NCBI GenBank assembly: GCA_037481795.1
Contig: JBBFLA010000013.1
Coordinates: 3,902-67,901, forward strand
Length of the DNA stretch: 64,000 nucleotides
Source of the DNA: Spirochaetota bacterium
GTDB lineage: Bacteria > Spirochaetota > UBA4802 > UB4802
Direction: 5' to 3'
Of the stretch, positions 1 through 10,141 are shown piece by piece (position 1 is the first letter of the stretch; the number at the start of each line of letters is the position of its first letter). The translations under genes were made by a program, and so were the position numbers. Below the pieces are notes generated by a model. That model saw only the letters and a list, made by a program, of their open reading frames with translations, was not told where the DNA came from and did no database searches.

Positions 1-948
1 GCAATATCATACCGGTAGTCGGTTGCTTGATATGCATCATAAATTGCTTTCAGAGAATCCCATTTACCCAAATGGCATAATGTTTTAACCCGTATCAAAT
101 CAAGATGAAATTTTTTTGTACTGTTTTCTACCATTTGTAAAAGGTTTTCATCTACAGAAACAATATCCTGATAATTTTTTGTATTATACAAAGCTTCAAT
201 AATAAGCAGTATCTCATCAGGGTTCAACAAAATATCAGGATGTTTAGTTGCAATCTGTAATATCCGCTTGGCTGCAATTTCAGATTGCCAGCTTGTTGTG
301 CTTATCTTTAAAAGGTTATAATAACTTTCTACTGCATCAGCGTATTTGTCCTGCTTTTCAAACAGTGATGCTAATTTTATATACAACCATGCCAGTGAAT
401 CTATATCTTCAAATTTAGAAATACTCTTCTGTAGTACCTTTTCAGCCTGCCCAAACTGTTTCAGTTGCCCTAATGCCTCAGCTTTGAGTATCTGTGCATC
501 ACGGAATACTCCTGTTTTTTCATTTTTCATCAAATCAATGAATTTTATTACATATCCATATTCCTGATAGTACATGAATCCTTTTGCAATTTCATATATT
601 GCATCGTTATATAAATATGATTTTACCGAAAAACGGCTGACAAATCGATAGACTGGTTGCGGGTATATGGATAATTTTTTTGCTCTTCGTTCAATAAAAC
701 AGCTATTGGCAAAGTGATATATTGACTTCTTATATTCTTTGGTATCCTTATACGCCAATCCCAACATGAAATGTTCAGTGTACGATAGATCCCCTTTTTG
801 TTCTAATGTTTGAATTATAGTTTTAGTATTGCTATAGAATCCTAATTCAGATAAATCTTGAGGCAATACAACGTCAGAACAGGAAAGAAACGAAAATATA
901 CTTAAGGTTAAAAGAGTTACCATCCATGTATATGTTCTGATAATCATG
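1..948 (-). CDS. TPR-like repeat lipoprotein, N-terminal part (ORF continues beyond window start; absent from supplied ORF track because it has no stop in the window)
   Basis: Minus-strand ATG at 946-948 (ATGATTATCAGAACA...) opens a frame that stays open to position 1. The N-terminus MIIRTYTWMVTLLTLSIFSFLSCS looks like a signal peptide plus a lipobox-like L-S-C. Downstream sequence is Tyr/Leu/Ala-rich helical repeats. The ATG overlaps the stop of the upstream ORF 950..1804 (ATGA). Confidence 0.5.
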
Positions 949-949
949 A

Positions 950-1804
950 TTATTCTTCCTCTTTTTGATAATCTGAATACTCAGGTAATTCTTGCAATGA
1001 ACCATTACTCCATACATCATCATAAAATGAATAATTATTAATGAGGCGATAGTAGCTGTCAGCCAGAACCTTTAACATATAGTTTTTCTCATTTTCATCT
1101 TTAACAGATTCTATTTTTGTTTTCATATATGAATAAATATATGGTTCATTCCCAGCGTTCTGTTTATTTTCAAGGCTACTATTTGAGCCTTTAAGATGAA
1201 ATGCAACATATGCAAGTAAAGCATATCGTTTAGCCTGTTTGGCTTTTTTCAAAGCCTGAATATATTTATATAGACGCATCGAATACAGTGTTGTCCTGTA
1301 ACTATCGGCCATAACCATATACATACGAGCCTGTTCATTATTTGTATAGCCTAAATTACAATAATGCTTTGATATATAGTCACCCTTTAAGATAGGCCCC
1401 GGCGACACAGTATCTAATAGTTTTTTCCCTTCATCAATTTCACGATGCAAAACCATTCTGTATAATGATATCAGTAATTCCTGAGTTTTACGAATATTCT
1501 CATAAGAATCTTTAAACCTGAATTTCATATATAAAAATTTTGCAAACATATCATATAATATTGCCTTGCGGCAGAGCACCCTTTCTTCTTCCACTGAAAC
1601 ATTTGACACAGAAAAATTAATAAAATAAAAGAATCGCTCATTATCTTTAAGCCCTTTTTCTGCTTTACGTTGTTCTCCAGCACTTTGACTGCTCTTTGTT
1701 CTTTGAGCAACCAGAGTATTTTGAAATGATAAAAACATTACTACCACTACACTCATTATAATCGTTGAGATTATAGCTCTCATGCCTGAAAACCCATGTC
1801 CCAT
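950..1804 (-). CDS. hypothetical membrane-anchored protein (284 aa)
   Basis: Long ORF with a hydrophobic N-terminal segment (AIISTIIMSVVVVMFLSF). It is translationally coupled to the downstream TPR lipoprotein. I recognise no catalytic motif. Confidence 0.45.
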   Translation of the reverse strand: MGHGFSGMRAIISTIIMSVVVVMFLSFQNTLVAQRTKSSQSAGEQRKAEKGLKDNERFFYFINFSVSNVSVEEERVLCRKAILYDMFAKFLYMKFRFKDSYENIRKTQELLISLYRMVLHREIDEGKKLLDTVSPGPILKGDYISKHYCNLGYTNNEQARMYMVMADSYRTTLYSMRLYKYIQALKKAKQAKRYALLAYVAFHLKGSNSSLENKQNAGNEPYIYSYMKTKIESVKDENEKNYMLKVLADSYYRLINNYSFYDDVWSNGSLQELPEYSDYQKEEE

Positions 1805-1914
1805 AATCAGTATTAATCAACCCCCCTATATTTTATGATTGACTATATCCATCCGCATACTATAGTACTTGTACAAAAGCACTTTATATAACTATAATAC
1901 CAGGGGATATTAAT

Positions 1915-2886
1915 ATGAAAACCAGAAAAATTCTACTATTAGTATCGATTATTTCTTTACTGTTTTATATAACCTGCACTACATTTGATCCTTCAGTGTT
2001 GCAGAAAAAACCAACTGTTACGTTTAAAGATTTTCAATTCAAAGAAATAACACTAACCGATATGACCATGCTCTTTTCACTGGATGTTGAAAATCCTTAT
2101 CCAGTAACATTGTACTTAGATTCGATACAAAGTCAAATATATATTGATACATTCTCATTATTTTCACTGCAATCAGCAGATAAACTCAAAATATCCAAAA
2201 ATTCAAAAGCAAACAAAACATTTGCTGTTACTATTACATATGAACAACTCATAAAGGCTGTGAAAGAATATTACAATAAAGATTCAATTGTCATAACAAT
2301 AAAGGGCACTATTGCTTTTTCATTGCCACCATCAATTCAGATTGTACAATCGATAGCTGTTCCTTTTACTATTAAAAAGGAAATCCCAACTATTAAGCCA
2401 ACAATTGATATAGCACATTTTAAAATAATACCGCCTTCAATGTCTGATTTAAAAAATATCGTAAAAAATATTAATCCACTTGAAATTCCATCTCTGTATA
2501 CTGATATTCAGAACTTTTGCCAGGGGAAAGGTGGTTTTGATAGCATTTCAAAATTTGATATTCCTCTATCAGTAGCATTTGATATCATCATCAAAAATAA
2601 AACAAAGGCTGCTTTAGCCGGCAAATCGCTTAATTATAATTTCATACTTCACGACAGTGAAATAGCTAAAGGCCAGCCAACCATACAGAATGCTGATGGT
2701 GCTTCAAAAATTAATTGTTTAACTACTTTGAGCACCAAAAACATAAGCAAAGGCCTGACACAGGCTATTGCACAGAAGAATATTCAGTATACAATGAAAG
2801 GCAATATGCTCTTCAATGCTGTATTAAAGGGAACAGTATTACCTGTACCATTTACAATTAATCAGCAGGGCACCATTAAATGGTAA
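1915..2886 (+). CDS. putative lipoprotein with LEA_2/WHy-like repeats (tentative)
   Basis: Signal peptide MKTRKILLLVSIISLLFYITC. The segment FKEITLTDMTMLFSLDVENPYPVTLYLDSIQSQIYID resembles the LEA14/WHy NPN-type motif. This is a motif-level resemblance only. Confidence 0.45.
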   Translation: MKTRKILLLVSIISLLFYITCTTFDPSVLQKKPTVTFKDFQFKEITLTDMTMLFSLDVENPYPVTLYLDSIQSQIYIDTFSLFSLQSADKLKISKNSKANKTFAVTITYEQLIKAVKEYYNKDSIVITIKGTIAFSLPPSIQIVQSIAVPFTIKKEIPTIKPTIDIAHFKIIPPSMSDLKNIVKNINPLEIPSLYTDIQNFCQGKGGFDSISKFDIPLSVAFDIIIKNKTKAALAGKSLNYNFILHDSEIAKGQPTIQNADGASKINCLTTLSTKNISKGLTQAIAQKNIQYTMKGNMLFNAVLKGTVLPVPFTINQQGTIKW

Positions 2887-2978
2887 TAATACACAATTTA
2901 ATAATTGACTCATACATACTCTAAGAAATGATAGTACAACAGTCATCATTTATTCAATGCAATTAAAAGGAGTTTACC

Positions 2979-4046
2979 ATGAACGTTATTCCTGTAATAC
3001 TTGCAGGTGGTTCAGGCACAAGGCTATGGCCACTCAGCAATGAAGAAAAACCCAAGCAATTTCATAATATTACAGGCGAAGGCACATTGCTTGAACTGAC
3101 AATTAACAGATTAAAACCACTCAATCCTGATTTTTGCCTCATCGTTACTGCGCGTATGTATGAAGAAATGTCCTATGATGAATTAAAAAAAACAGGGCTA
3201 AAAGGGAGCATTATCTCTGAACCCATGCCAAGAAATACCGCACCGGCAATTCTGTATGCAGCAACGTATCTTTCAAAATTATACGATGATGCCATAATGC
3301 TCATATTGCCTGCTGATCATTATATCAAAAAAACAGATGTATTTGTGACCATTCTGAAAAAAGCAATTGAACACGCACATAACAATCATCTGGTAACTAT
3401 CGGCATTACCCCAACATATCCGGAAACAGGGTATGGATATATAAAAGCCTATGATGACCCGTCAGAAGTAAAACCCGTTGAAATGTTTGTTGAAAAACCA
3501 AATTTAGAAACAGCAAAAAAATACCTCAGGGAAGGCAATTACTTCTGGAATAGTGGTATTTTTGTATGGAAAATATCCGTTATTCTGGAATACTATCAAA
3601 AACTAATGCCAAAACTATACCAGGCATTTCAGCCACTGCGCGATCTCACGGTAGAGCAGCTTACTTTGAATGACGAACTGCCATGGGAAATCAAGCGAAA
3701 TGTCTTCTCACAGATTGATGCAATATCTATTGACTATGGCATCATGGAAAAAGCTGATCAGCGGTATGTAATCCCCGGTGAATTTGGATGGGCTGATTTA
3801 GGAAGCTGGGCTTCAATTGATGATGTACTATCGCCCGACACCGATATGAACCGATCACCATATTCTGAAAAAGTTATTTTTCACCTTTCAAAAAATTGCA
3901 CAGTATTCCCTGATACAAAGCTCATTGCAGTGGTTGGCCTGCATGATGTCGTTGTGGTAGATTCAGGAAATGAAATTCTTGTTATGGATAAGAATGCATC
4001 GCAGGATCTCAGGGAAGTTGTAAACCGTATCAAGAACAACCGTTAA
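2979..4046 (+). CDS. manC: mannose-1-phosphate guanylyltransferase (GDP-mannose pyrophosphorylase), no C-terminal cupin/isomerase domain
   Basis: N-terminal IPVILAGGSGTRLWPLS nucleotidyltransferase motif. Length 355 aa. AAAGGAG RBS 8 nt upstream of the ATG. Confidence 0.8.
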   Translation: MNVIPVILAGGSGTRLWPLSNEEKPKQFHNITGEGTLLELTINRLKPLNPDFCLIVTARMYEEMSYDELKKTGLKGSIISEPMPRNTAPAILYAATYLSKLYDDAIMLILPADHYIKKTDVFVTILKKAIEHAHNNHLVTIGITPTYPETGYGYIKAYDDPSEVKPVEMFVEKPNLETAKKYLREGNYFWNSGIFVWKISVILEYYQKLMPKLYQAFQPLRDLTVEQLTLNDELPWEIKRNVFSQIDAISIDYGIMEKADQRYVIPGEFGWADLGSWASIDDVLSPDTDMNRSPYSEKVIFHLSKNCTVFPDTKLIAVVGLHDVVVVDSGNEILVMDKNASQDLREVVNRIKNNR

Positions 4047-4773
4047 GACTGTCGCTAATAGCTTTTTTGATATTATCCCTGACTTCTGCATTAAGAGATG
4101 AATTTTGATTGAGCGATAGCTTTCGCATATAGAGGTGGTATTCAGGCTCACTGTAATGAAATATAGGCAATGGCATCTTATTAAAAAAATCAGCTATCAT
4201 CATCAAAGATGTATTAACAAGTGTTGCAACATTAGCATCAATACTACTTTTTTCAGGAACTATCGGTTTCCCTGATAAATCTTCAATCAACTGCACAATC
4301 CAAATAAAGCTTAGCGGATCAATGATGCCAATTGAATACGTGTACCAGTTATCTGTATAGGTGATCAGTATCTTTTTTAAGCGGTCATCAAGTAATTTGT
4401 ATGCAGGGCAAAAGTAATCGTTACATATTTCTTTCCCAAATAGGCTGCAATCTCTTCTGTCAATTCCATTGTTAACTACAGGGTGCATCAGACATCCCGG
4501 TGTATTGCTGTCAATAAACCCCATATAAGGGCACACGTAGGTTGTGGTATCTCTGAATGCATACCGTCTTTGCAGCAATTTAAAATTTCTCACATTGTTG
4601 CCAGTTACAGGTGTGTAGCGTATTTCATCAGTTGCTGCAGACAAAAAGTGCCCTAACCTTTCAAATGAGATATCAGCACAGTTAAAAAGCCCGCAACACA
4701 CACAACACCCTTTGCCATGTGCAGGCTGGCACAGTGATATTTTATTATGGGTATTTGTATTTATCACTTGCAC
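4030..4773 (-). CDS. Cys-rich protein, YkgJ/UPF0153-like cysteine-cluster family (tentative)
   Basis: N-terminal C-x6-CCVCCG cluster plus additional CxxC-like cysteines (CPYMGF, CLMHP, CNDYFC). Its 3' end overlaps manC by 17 nt, convergently. Confidence 0.5.
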   Translation of the reverse strand: MQVINTNTHNKISLCQPAHGKGCCVCCGLFNCADISFERLGHFLSAATDEIRYTPVTGNNVRNFKLLQRRYAFRDTTTYVCPYMGFIDSNTPGCLMHPVVNNGIDRRDCSLFGKEICNDYFCPAYKLLDDRLKKILITYTDNWYTYSIGIIDPLSFIWIVQLIEDLSGKPIVPEKSSIDANVATLVNTSLMMIADFFNKMPLPIFHYSEPEYHLYMRKLSLNQNSSLNAEVRDNIKKAISDSLNGCS

Positions 4774-4839
4774 ATTCCCCTGTATTTTGGTATTTTAATA
4801 ACAAACGTATACCACATTGTTATTATAGCAGATTTTTTT

Positions 4840-5478
4840 ATGAAATATCAGGATAATCTTTACAAGCTTCTTGACATCTCTCCTCTTTCTTCAAAGGAAG
4901 AGATACGCAGGGCTTTCTGTATAAAGGTTAAAGCGTTACATCCTGACAGTATGGGTTTCAGCTCTGAAAGATTTACCGTAGAACTTCAGAAGGTAATTGA
5001 AGCTTACCGCATCCTCATGGATGACAGAGAACGTGCTCACTATGATGCCACATTCCTCCAATATCCCAAAAAACTTGAAAAGCACTATATACCCCAAAAA
5101 CGCATCAGGTACTCCATATCACTTAAGGATTTATTAAAAAAGGAGTTTCTACCAAAAAAGATGCGTCGCAAGGATATTATTCATGAATTTGATCATGACA
5201 TTGAAATAGTATGCACACAACAGGAAATTTCAAAAGGGGCAGTAGCGTTGGTCCAGTTGCCATCCCGTATACTGTGTCCTCTGTGTAACGGGCAGAATCG
5301 TGATTGCTATGTATGCAATGGGTTGGGTAGGATATCCAGCGTCTCAACATTCGAGATTGAACTACCTGCCGATATAACAAAAACAACAATCCTAACCGTT
5401 GACCTTAGAAAATACAGGCCTGATACTTTTACCGATCTAACAATAAAGTACCTGCGTATAAAAGTCACCATAGTTTAA
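4840..5478 (+). CDS. J-domain (DnaJ-like) protein with a single CxxCxGxG zinc-finger motif
   Basis: YKLLDISPLSSKEEIRRAF...KALHPDS contains the HPD tripeptide. CPLCNGQNRDCYVCNGLGRI is a zinc-finger motif. The start was moved to the in-frame ATG at 4840, because the track start at 4747 would add a non-conserved hydrophobic leader. Confidence 0.6.
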   Translation: MKYQDNLYKLLDISPLSSKEEIRRAFCIKVKALHPDSMGFSSERFTVELQKVIEAYRILMDDRERAHYDATFLQYPKKLEKHYIPQKRIRYSISLKDLLKKEFLPKKMRRKDIIHEFDHDIEIVCTQQEISKGAVALVQLPSRILCPLCNGQNRDCYVCNGLGRISSVSTFEIELPADITKTTILTVDLRKYRPDTFTDLTIKYLRIKVTIV

Positions 5479-5486
5479 GGTAGTCA

Positions 5487-6788
5487 CTACCTGAACCGTA
5501 TTCGCAACGAATCGCCATGTTTATCATCAAACCCCTCTACCTGTGACATACGGGTTACATGCTCTGTAGCCTGCTTTAAGGCCAAAGGCGTTAGATACTG
5601 AAATGATGTACGTCGCATAAACGTTTCAACACCAAGCCCTGATGAAAAGCGAGCAGCACCTCCTGTAGGCAGTACATGGTTAGTTCCTGAAAAATAATCA
5701 CCAACTGCAACAGGAGCATATGCCCCCAGAAACAGTGAGCCCACATTTTTTATTTGTGTAAGATAGTGAAGTGGATTTTCTACAATCAACTCCATATGTT
5801 CAGGGCCGTAACTATTAGAAAAATCTATTGCTTCTTCAATTGATGAAACAAGAATAATATGAGCATTTTTTATTGCTTGTTTTTTAATTGCATGCCTGCC
5901 TCTGCCTGAGTTTATATCTTCTTCAATATATGTAATTACTTCATGTGCCAGCGATTCAGAGGTTGTCACAAGAATTACAATAGCCATCTCTTCATGCTCT
6001 GCCTGTGACAATAAATCCCATGCTACCCAGTGAGAGTTGGCATGTTCATCTGCTATTATTAAAACCTCACTTGGCCCGGCCAGCGAATCAATCTGAATGA
6101 CTCCCTGACTGAAAAGATATGCCTTGGCAGCAGTTACATAGATATTGCCGGGTCCAACAATAATGTTGGCCTTGGGCACTGTGTGTGTCCCAAACGCTGC
6201 AGCAGCAATACCCTGTGCACCGCCGGATTTTATTATGGTCGTGATACCCAGTATGTGCGCCATTGCCCCAATATATGGAGCTATGGTCCCATCCTTTGCA
6301 GGTGGAGTTATTATTGAAATATATTTGCATCCTGCAATCTGGGCTGGTATAACTCCCATCAATACTGATGAAGGATATGACGCTTTACCACCGGGAACAT
6401 ATACCGCTGCACTTTCCAATGGTTGATACAGCATACCCAGTGTAGTGCCATCATCCCGTGTGTATATGAACGAATCCCTCTTCTGGTGTAAATGGAATTC
6501 CCGTATGTTTTCTATTGCCTTAATAAATGAATCAATAACGTTTGCATCAGTATTTTGATACGCTGTTTTAATTTCCTCTTCTGTTGCACATACCTCTTGT
6601 AAATTTACCCCGTCAAACTGTCGCGTGAATTCAATAACAGCCCGGTCACCCTCATCACGCACTTTCTGAACAATAGGGATAACGGTATTAACCATTATTC
6701 CAGTAAAATCATCGCCAAAACGCTGAAACAGTTTATTGCGTTCTTCTTTCGTCAAATCAGATAATTTCCTGATAGCTATCATAGCCAC
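5487..6788 (-). CDS. hisD: histidinol dehydrogenase
   Basis: 433 aa. Conserved IVGPGNIYVTAAK and His/Glu-rich catalytic region (QAEHEE) typical of HisD. Confidence 0.8.
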   Translation of the reverse strand: MAMIAIRKLSDLTKEERNKLFQRFGDDFTGIMVNTVIPIVQKVRDEGDRAVIEFTRQFDGVNLQEVCATEEEIKTAYQNTDANVIDSFIKAIENIREFHLHQKRDSFIYTRDDGTTLGMLYQPLESAAVYVPGGKASYPSSVLMGVIPAQIAGCKYISIITPPAKDGTIAPYIGAMAHILGITTIIKSGGAQGIAAAAFGTHTVPKANIIVGPGNIYVTAAKAYLFSQGVIQIDSLAGPSEVLIIADEHANSHWVAWDLLSQAEHEEMAIVILVTTSESLAHEVITYIEEDINSGRGRHAIKKQAIKNAHIILVSSIEEAIDFSNSYGPEHMELIVENPLHYLTQIKNVGSLFLGAYAPVAVGDYFSGTNHVLPTGGAARFSSGLGVETFMRRTSFQYLTPLALKQATEHVTRMSQVEGFDDKHGDSLRIRFR

Positions 6789-6890
6789 TCCTTAAGACTA
6801 AAGAATGTTAATTATTATTTCTTGACTTTATCATCACTATGCATTAAAATATCACAAACTAAAAAGTAAAAAAATATTTCTGGAGGTCCT

Positions 6891-7154
6891 ATGTTCAAGC
6901 ACATAGCAGTAATAATGATAGCAATATCCCTTGTTATAACCGGTTGCAAAAAAACTACCATAACACCAAAACTTTTTGTCACCATACAAAATGAAATTCT
7001 TGACAGTGATATGCAGCAGACAACCAAAGAATCCATTGTGAAAAAATATGGCATCACCCTACAACAATATGAAGAATATGAAAAACAGGTTGAAAGTGAT
7101 CCTCAGTTGAAAGCCGAAGTTGGGAAAGAACGCCTCAATATCATGAAAAAATAA
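6891..7154 (+). CDS. small lipoprotein (87 aa)
   Basis: Signal peptide MFKHIAVIMIAISLVITGCKK with lipobox ITGC. The remainder is charged and coiled-coil-like. Confidence 0.45.
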   Translation: MFKHIAVIMIAISLVITGCKKTTITPKLFVTIQNEILDSDMQQTTKESIVKKYGITLQQYEEYEKQVESDPQLKAEVGKERLNIMKK

Positions 7155-7156
7155 CA

Positions 7157-7978
7157 TCACGTTATTCCCAGTATTTTTTTCACATTTTTATGCAGGATAT
7201 GCTCAGTACTTTCTCCCAGTGCTTCTATGTACTGTTTATAGCGTGAATAATCAAGGAGCGGGAAGTCGCTCCCAAATAGTATTTTTTCTTTTCCGCAGAT
7301 CTGTACAGCTATATTATAAATACCCTTTTCATACAGAAAAGGGGTTGCTGCCGTATCATAGTATACATGAGTCAAATATTTCTTAACTTCAGGCATCAAC
7401 TCATAAAATAAAAGGCCCCCTCCCCAGTGTGAACAGATTATTGGTATTTTAGTATAATGCGAACACAATGCAAAAAGACTGCGCATATCTGTATAATATT
7501 TTCCAGCATACATATGCCCCACCGGTTCATTGACATGAAGACAAACAGGTAAAGTAAACTTTTCAGCTATAGCAAGAATCTGTCCCAGTAATGTCTCCTC
7601 TTCTTCGTTAAATCCATCAGCATAAAAAGCTATTTCACCAATACCATATAATCCAAGCATTTTAATTGATTCTATCTGTTTGTACAGATCCCCTTTCAGA
7701 GCTATCGCCCCAAATGCATATATTTTTCCTTTATACTTATGCTGTACGGTAGCAAGATAGTCATTATGCATACGAGCATACTCTTCATTTTGCCAGGTAT
7801 AACCCAGCACCAGCGAGGAGTCTATGCCATTATGTTCCATTGAATCTACAAGTATCTCAGCATGTGCTATGCGTGCTTTGCCATAATATAACATAGAAAA
7901 TTGCCTATCATCACAATAGCGCTCATTGTTTTTCACCATATCTTCAGTAAAAATATGTGTATGTCCATCAATGATCAT
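7157..7978 (-). CDS. amidohydrolase-family metal-dependent hydrolase
   Basis: N-terminal IDGHTHIF (HxH metal-binding motif). Further conserved His/Asp residues (CSHWGGG, GSDFP) fit the amidohydrolase_2 / TIM-barrel hydrolase pattern. Confidence 0.6.
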   Translation of the reverse strand: MIIDGHTHIFTEDMVKNNERYCDDRQFSMLYYGKARIAHAEILVDSMEHNGIDSSLVLGYTWQNEEYARMHNDYLATVQHKYKGKIYAFGAIALKGDLYKQIESIKMLGLYGIGEIAFYADGFNEEEETLLGQILAIAEKFTLPVCLHVNEPVGHMYAGKYYTDMRSLFALCSHYTKIPIICSHWGGGLLFYELMPEVKKYLTHVYYDTAATPFLYEKGIYNIAVQICGKEKILFGSDFPLLDYSRYKQYIEALGESTEHILHKNVKKILGIT

Positions 7979-8058
7979 TGTATAACCTATTATGTATTGA
8001 CATTATCATATACTTTTTTAGTATTTTGTCTTTACGGCAACGTTTATTGCTATTTATT

Positions 8059-9546
8059 ATGAATACAATAGAATTTTTTTTAGAACCTAGCAAAGAAAAC
8101 TACCATACACTTCGTGTAAAGGCAGAAGATGGCAGTTTTCGCTATATTCACAGTAAATACTACCCAACAAAAGAATCAACATATTTAAAGGATATTGTCA
8201 ACCCCGAAAAATACGATGCCTGTATTATTGTAGGCATTGGCCTTGGATACCATCTGGCATATTTGGCCACTTGCATACCTTTTTTTAAACAGATTATCTG
8301 CATTGATATTAATAACTATCTAACCAATGCCAACATCCCACCAGATATACAGACAATTATAAATCACCCATCGGTACAATTGGTATTTGTGGATCCCGAT
8401 AATCTTCACAAGGTACGTGATACTATTCAGTTACAATTCATCAAAGGTATACAGGTCATTGACCATCCTGCTTCTTTTCATGCTTTCCCGCACATTTTTT
8501 CATCCATAAAAAAAATCATACAGCAGATAGTAAACAAATCAGTATCAAATCATCTTACGTCATCATTGTTTGCATACCGGTACTTAAAAAATACATTATT
8601 GAACCTGAACCTATTACCCAATTGCTTTCCTGTATCACAATGCAAAAAAATTCATACCAACCAGCCATGCATTATTGTAGCTCCGGGCCCTTCCCTGGAT
8701 GAAACACTATATCACCTAAAAGAGAACCAGCACCATTGTATCATCATATCAGTTGATTCTGCACTCAAAGCATTACATGCACATTCTATCACACCTGATT
8801 ATATTGTTTCCATTGATCCACAACCTATTGTATTTGCACATCTTTTTCCCACACAACCCACTATACCTGTAATCACCGCGCCTACTGCACATCCAATGAT
8901 TTTTTCATTTCCAGCAATAATATCATTGAATACACATCCAGTATGCCAGTTACTGGAAGAGTTGTTCCCAGGGATTATTGGTTCTGTGGACAGCAGAACA
9001 GGAACAGTACTTGGTGATGCAGTAACATTTGCAATCTTTGCGGGCTGTAACCCAATTGCCATTGCAGGTGCAGACTTTTCATTTCCCAATCTTGTTACAT
9101 ACGCCCAATCAACAGAATACCATTACCGTTATCAACTAATGCATAACCGTTATACACCACTTGAGACAAGAAACATGAACTACATAATCCAAACGTCAAA
9201 ACGTACAGGAAGTGCAATTTTCTCAAGGAAAAACTTTATCCAGTATCATGATGCACTGGATGCCATCCTTCCAAAAGGCATATCCATATTCCATATTAAT
9301 CCTGTATTGCCACTTGACCACGCAAAGACAATAGCAATCACACAATTCCTTTCATTGCCACAGGTCCGCCACCATACAAAAAATATAAAGCCAGGTTTGT
9401 TCCAACCGCTATCACATACAATAAACCTCCATAAAGTATTCACCATTCTTAACGATGAAACAATGTTTAATACTATTTTAAACTCCTCTCGAGTATATGA
9501 TTATACAAACATTCAAAGAATTCATCAATTATTACACAAGGAGTGA
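8059..9546 (+). CDS. DUF115 / MptE-like (motility-accessory-factor-like) protein
   Basis: Core IIVAPGPSLDE...IIISVDSALKAL...YIVSIDPQP matches the 6-hydroxymethylpterin diphosphokinase MptE-like (Maf) fold signature. The start was set at ATG 8059 (MNTIEFF), because the track start at 7978 overlaps the divergent amidohydrolase start. Confidence 0.55.
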   Translation: MNTIEFFLEPSKENYHTLRVKAEDGSFRYIHSKYYPTKESTYLKDIVNPEKYDACIIVGIGLGYHLAYLATCIPFFKQIICIDINNYLTNANIPPDIQTIINHPSVQLVFVDPDNLHKVRDTIQLQFIKGIQVIDHPASFHAFPHIFSSIKKIIQQIVNKSVSNHLTSSLFAYRYLKNTLLNLNLLPNCFPVSQCKKIHTNQPCIIVAPGPSLDETLYHLKENQHHCIIISVDSALKALHAHSITPDYIVSIDPQPIVFAHLFPTQPTIPVITAPTAHPMIFSFPAIISLNTHPVCQLLEELFPGIIGSVDSRTGTVLGDAVTFAIFAGCNPIAIAGADFSFPNLVTYAQSTEYHYRYQLMHNRYTPLETRNMNYIIQTSKRTGSAIFSRKNFIQYHDALDAILPKGISIFHINPVLPLDHAKTIAITQFLSLPQVRHHTKNIKPGLFQPLSHTINLHKVFTILNDETMFNTILNSSRVYDYTNIQRIHQLLHKE

Positions 9547-9550
9547 ATCT

Positions 9551-10141
9551 ATGAGAATTGGGGTTACAGGCATTTATGCATCCGGCAAGGGAACTGTGTG
9601 TTCCATGTTTGAACAGTTAGGGGCGATAGTTATTGATACAGACATCATTGCCCGTGAAATTGTTACCCCGCCAAGCCCGGTGCTTGATACATTGGTTCAA
9701 ACATTTGGGAAGGATATACTCAATTCAGATGGGACATTGAACAGAAGATATCTAGCGCAAAAAGTTTTTAATGATAAAAATCTTGTTGAAAAGCTTAATG
9801 CTATAACCCATCCGGCAATATTGCAGGAAGTTATGAGGAGATCCAATGATAGTAGCAACATCTATATGATTAATACCCCTCTGCTTTTTGAAACAGAATT
9901 TTATACTCATATGGATAAAAACATCGTGGTTATTGCCAATACAGATCAGGTGCTTAACCGTGGTATAATCCGTGATGGCATAACTGCAGATGAAATCAAA
10001 GCACGGCTGAATCACCAAATTTCACTTAAAGAAAAGATGAAACTGGCCGATTATATCATAGATAATTCTGGATCATTAGAAAATACTAAAAAGCAGGTTG
10101 AAGAATTATGGAAAACTTTGATTTTAATGAAAGGCCAGTAA
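9551..10141 (+). CDS. coaE: dephospho-CoA kinase
   Basis: MRIGVTGIYASGKGT P-loop. Length about 197 aa. AAGGAG RBS 7 nt upstream of ATG 9551. Confidence 0.8.
   Translation: MRIGVTGIYASGKGTVCSMFEQLGAIVIDTDIIAREIVTPPSPVLDTLVQTFGKDILNSDGTLNRRYLAQKVFNDKNLVEKLNAITHPAILQEVMRRSNDSSNIYMINTPLLFETEFYTHMDKNIVVIANTDQVLNRGIIRDGITADEIKARLNHQISLKEKMKLADYIIDNSGSLENTKKQVEELWKTLILMKGQ

Noticed and set aside
346-567. 73-aa plus-strand ORF near window start
   Set aside because: It is antisense to the longer TPR lipoprotein frame (1..948, minus strand), which has a signal peptide and operon coupling.
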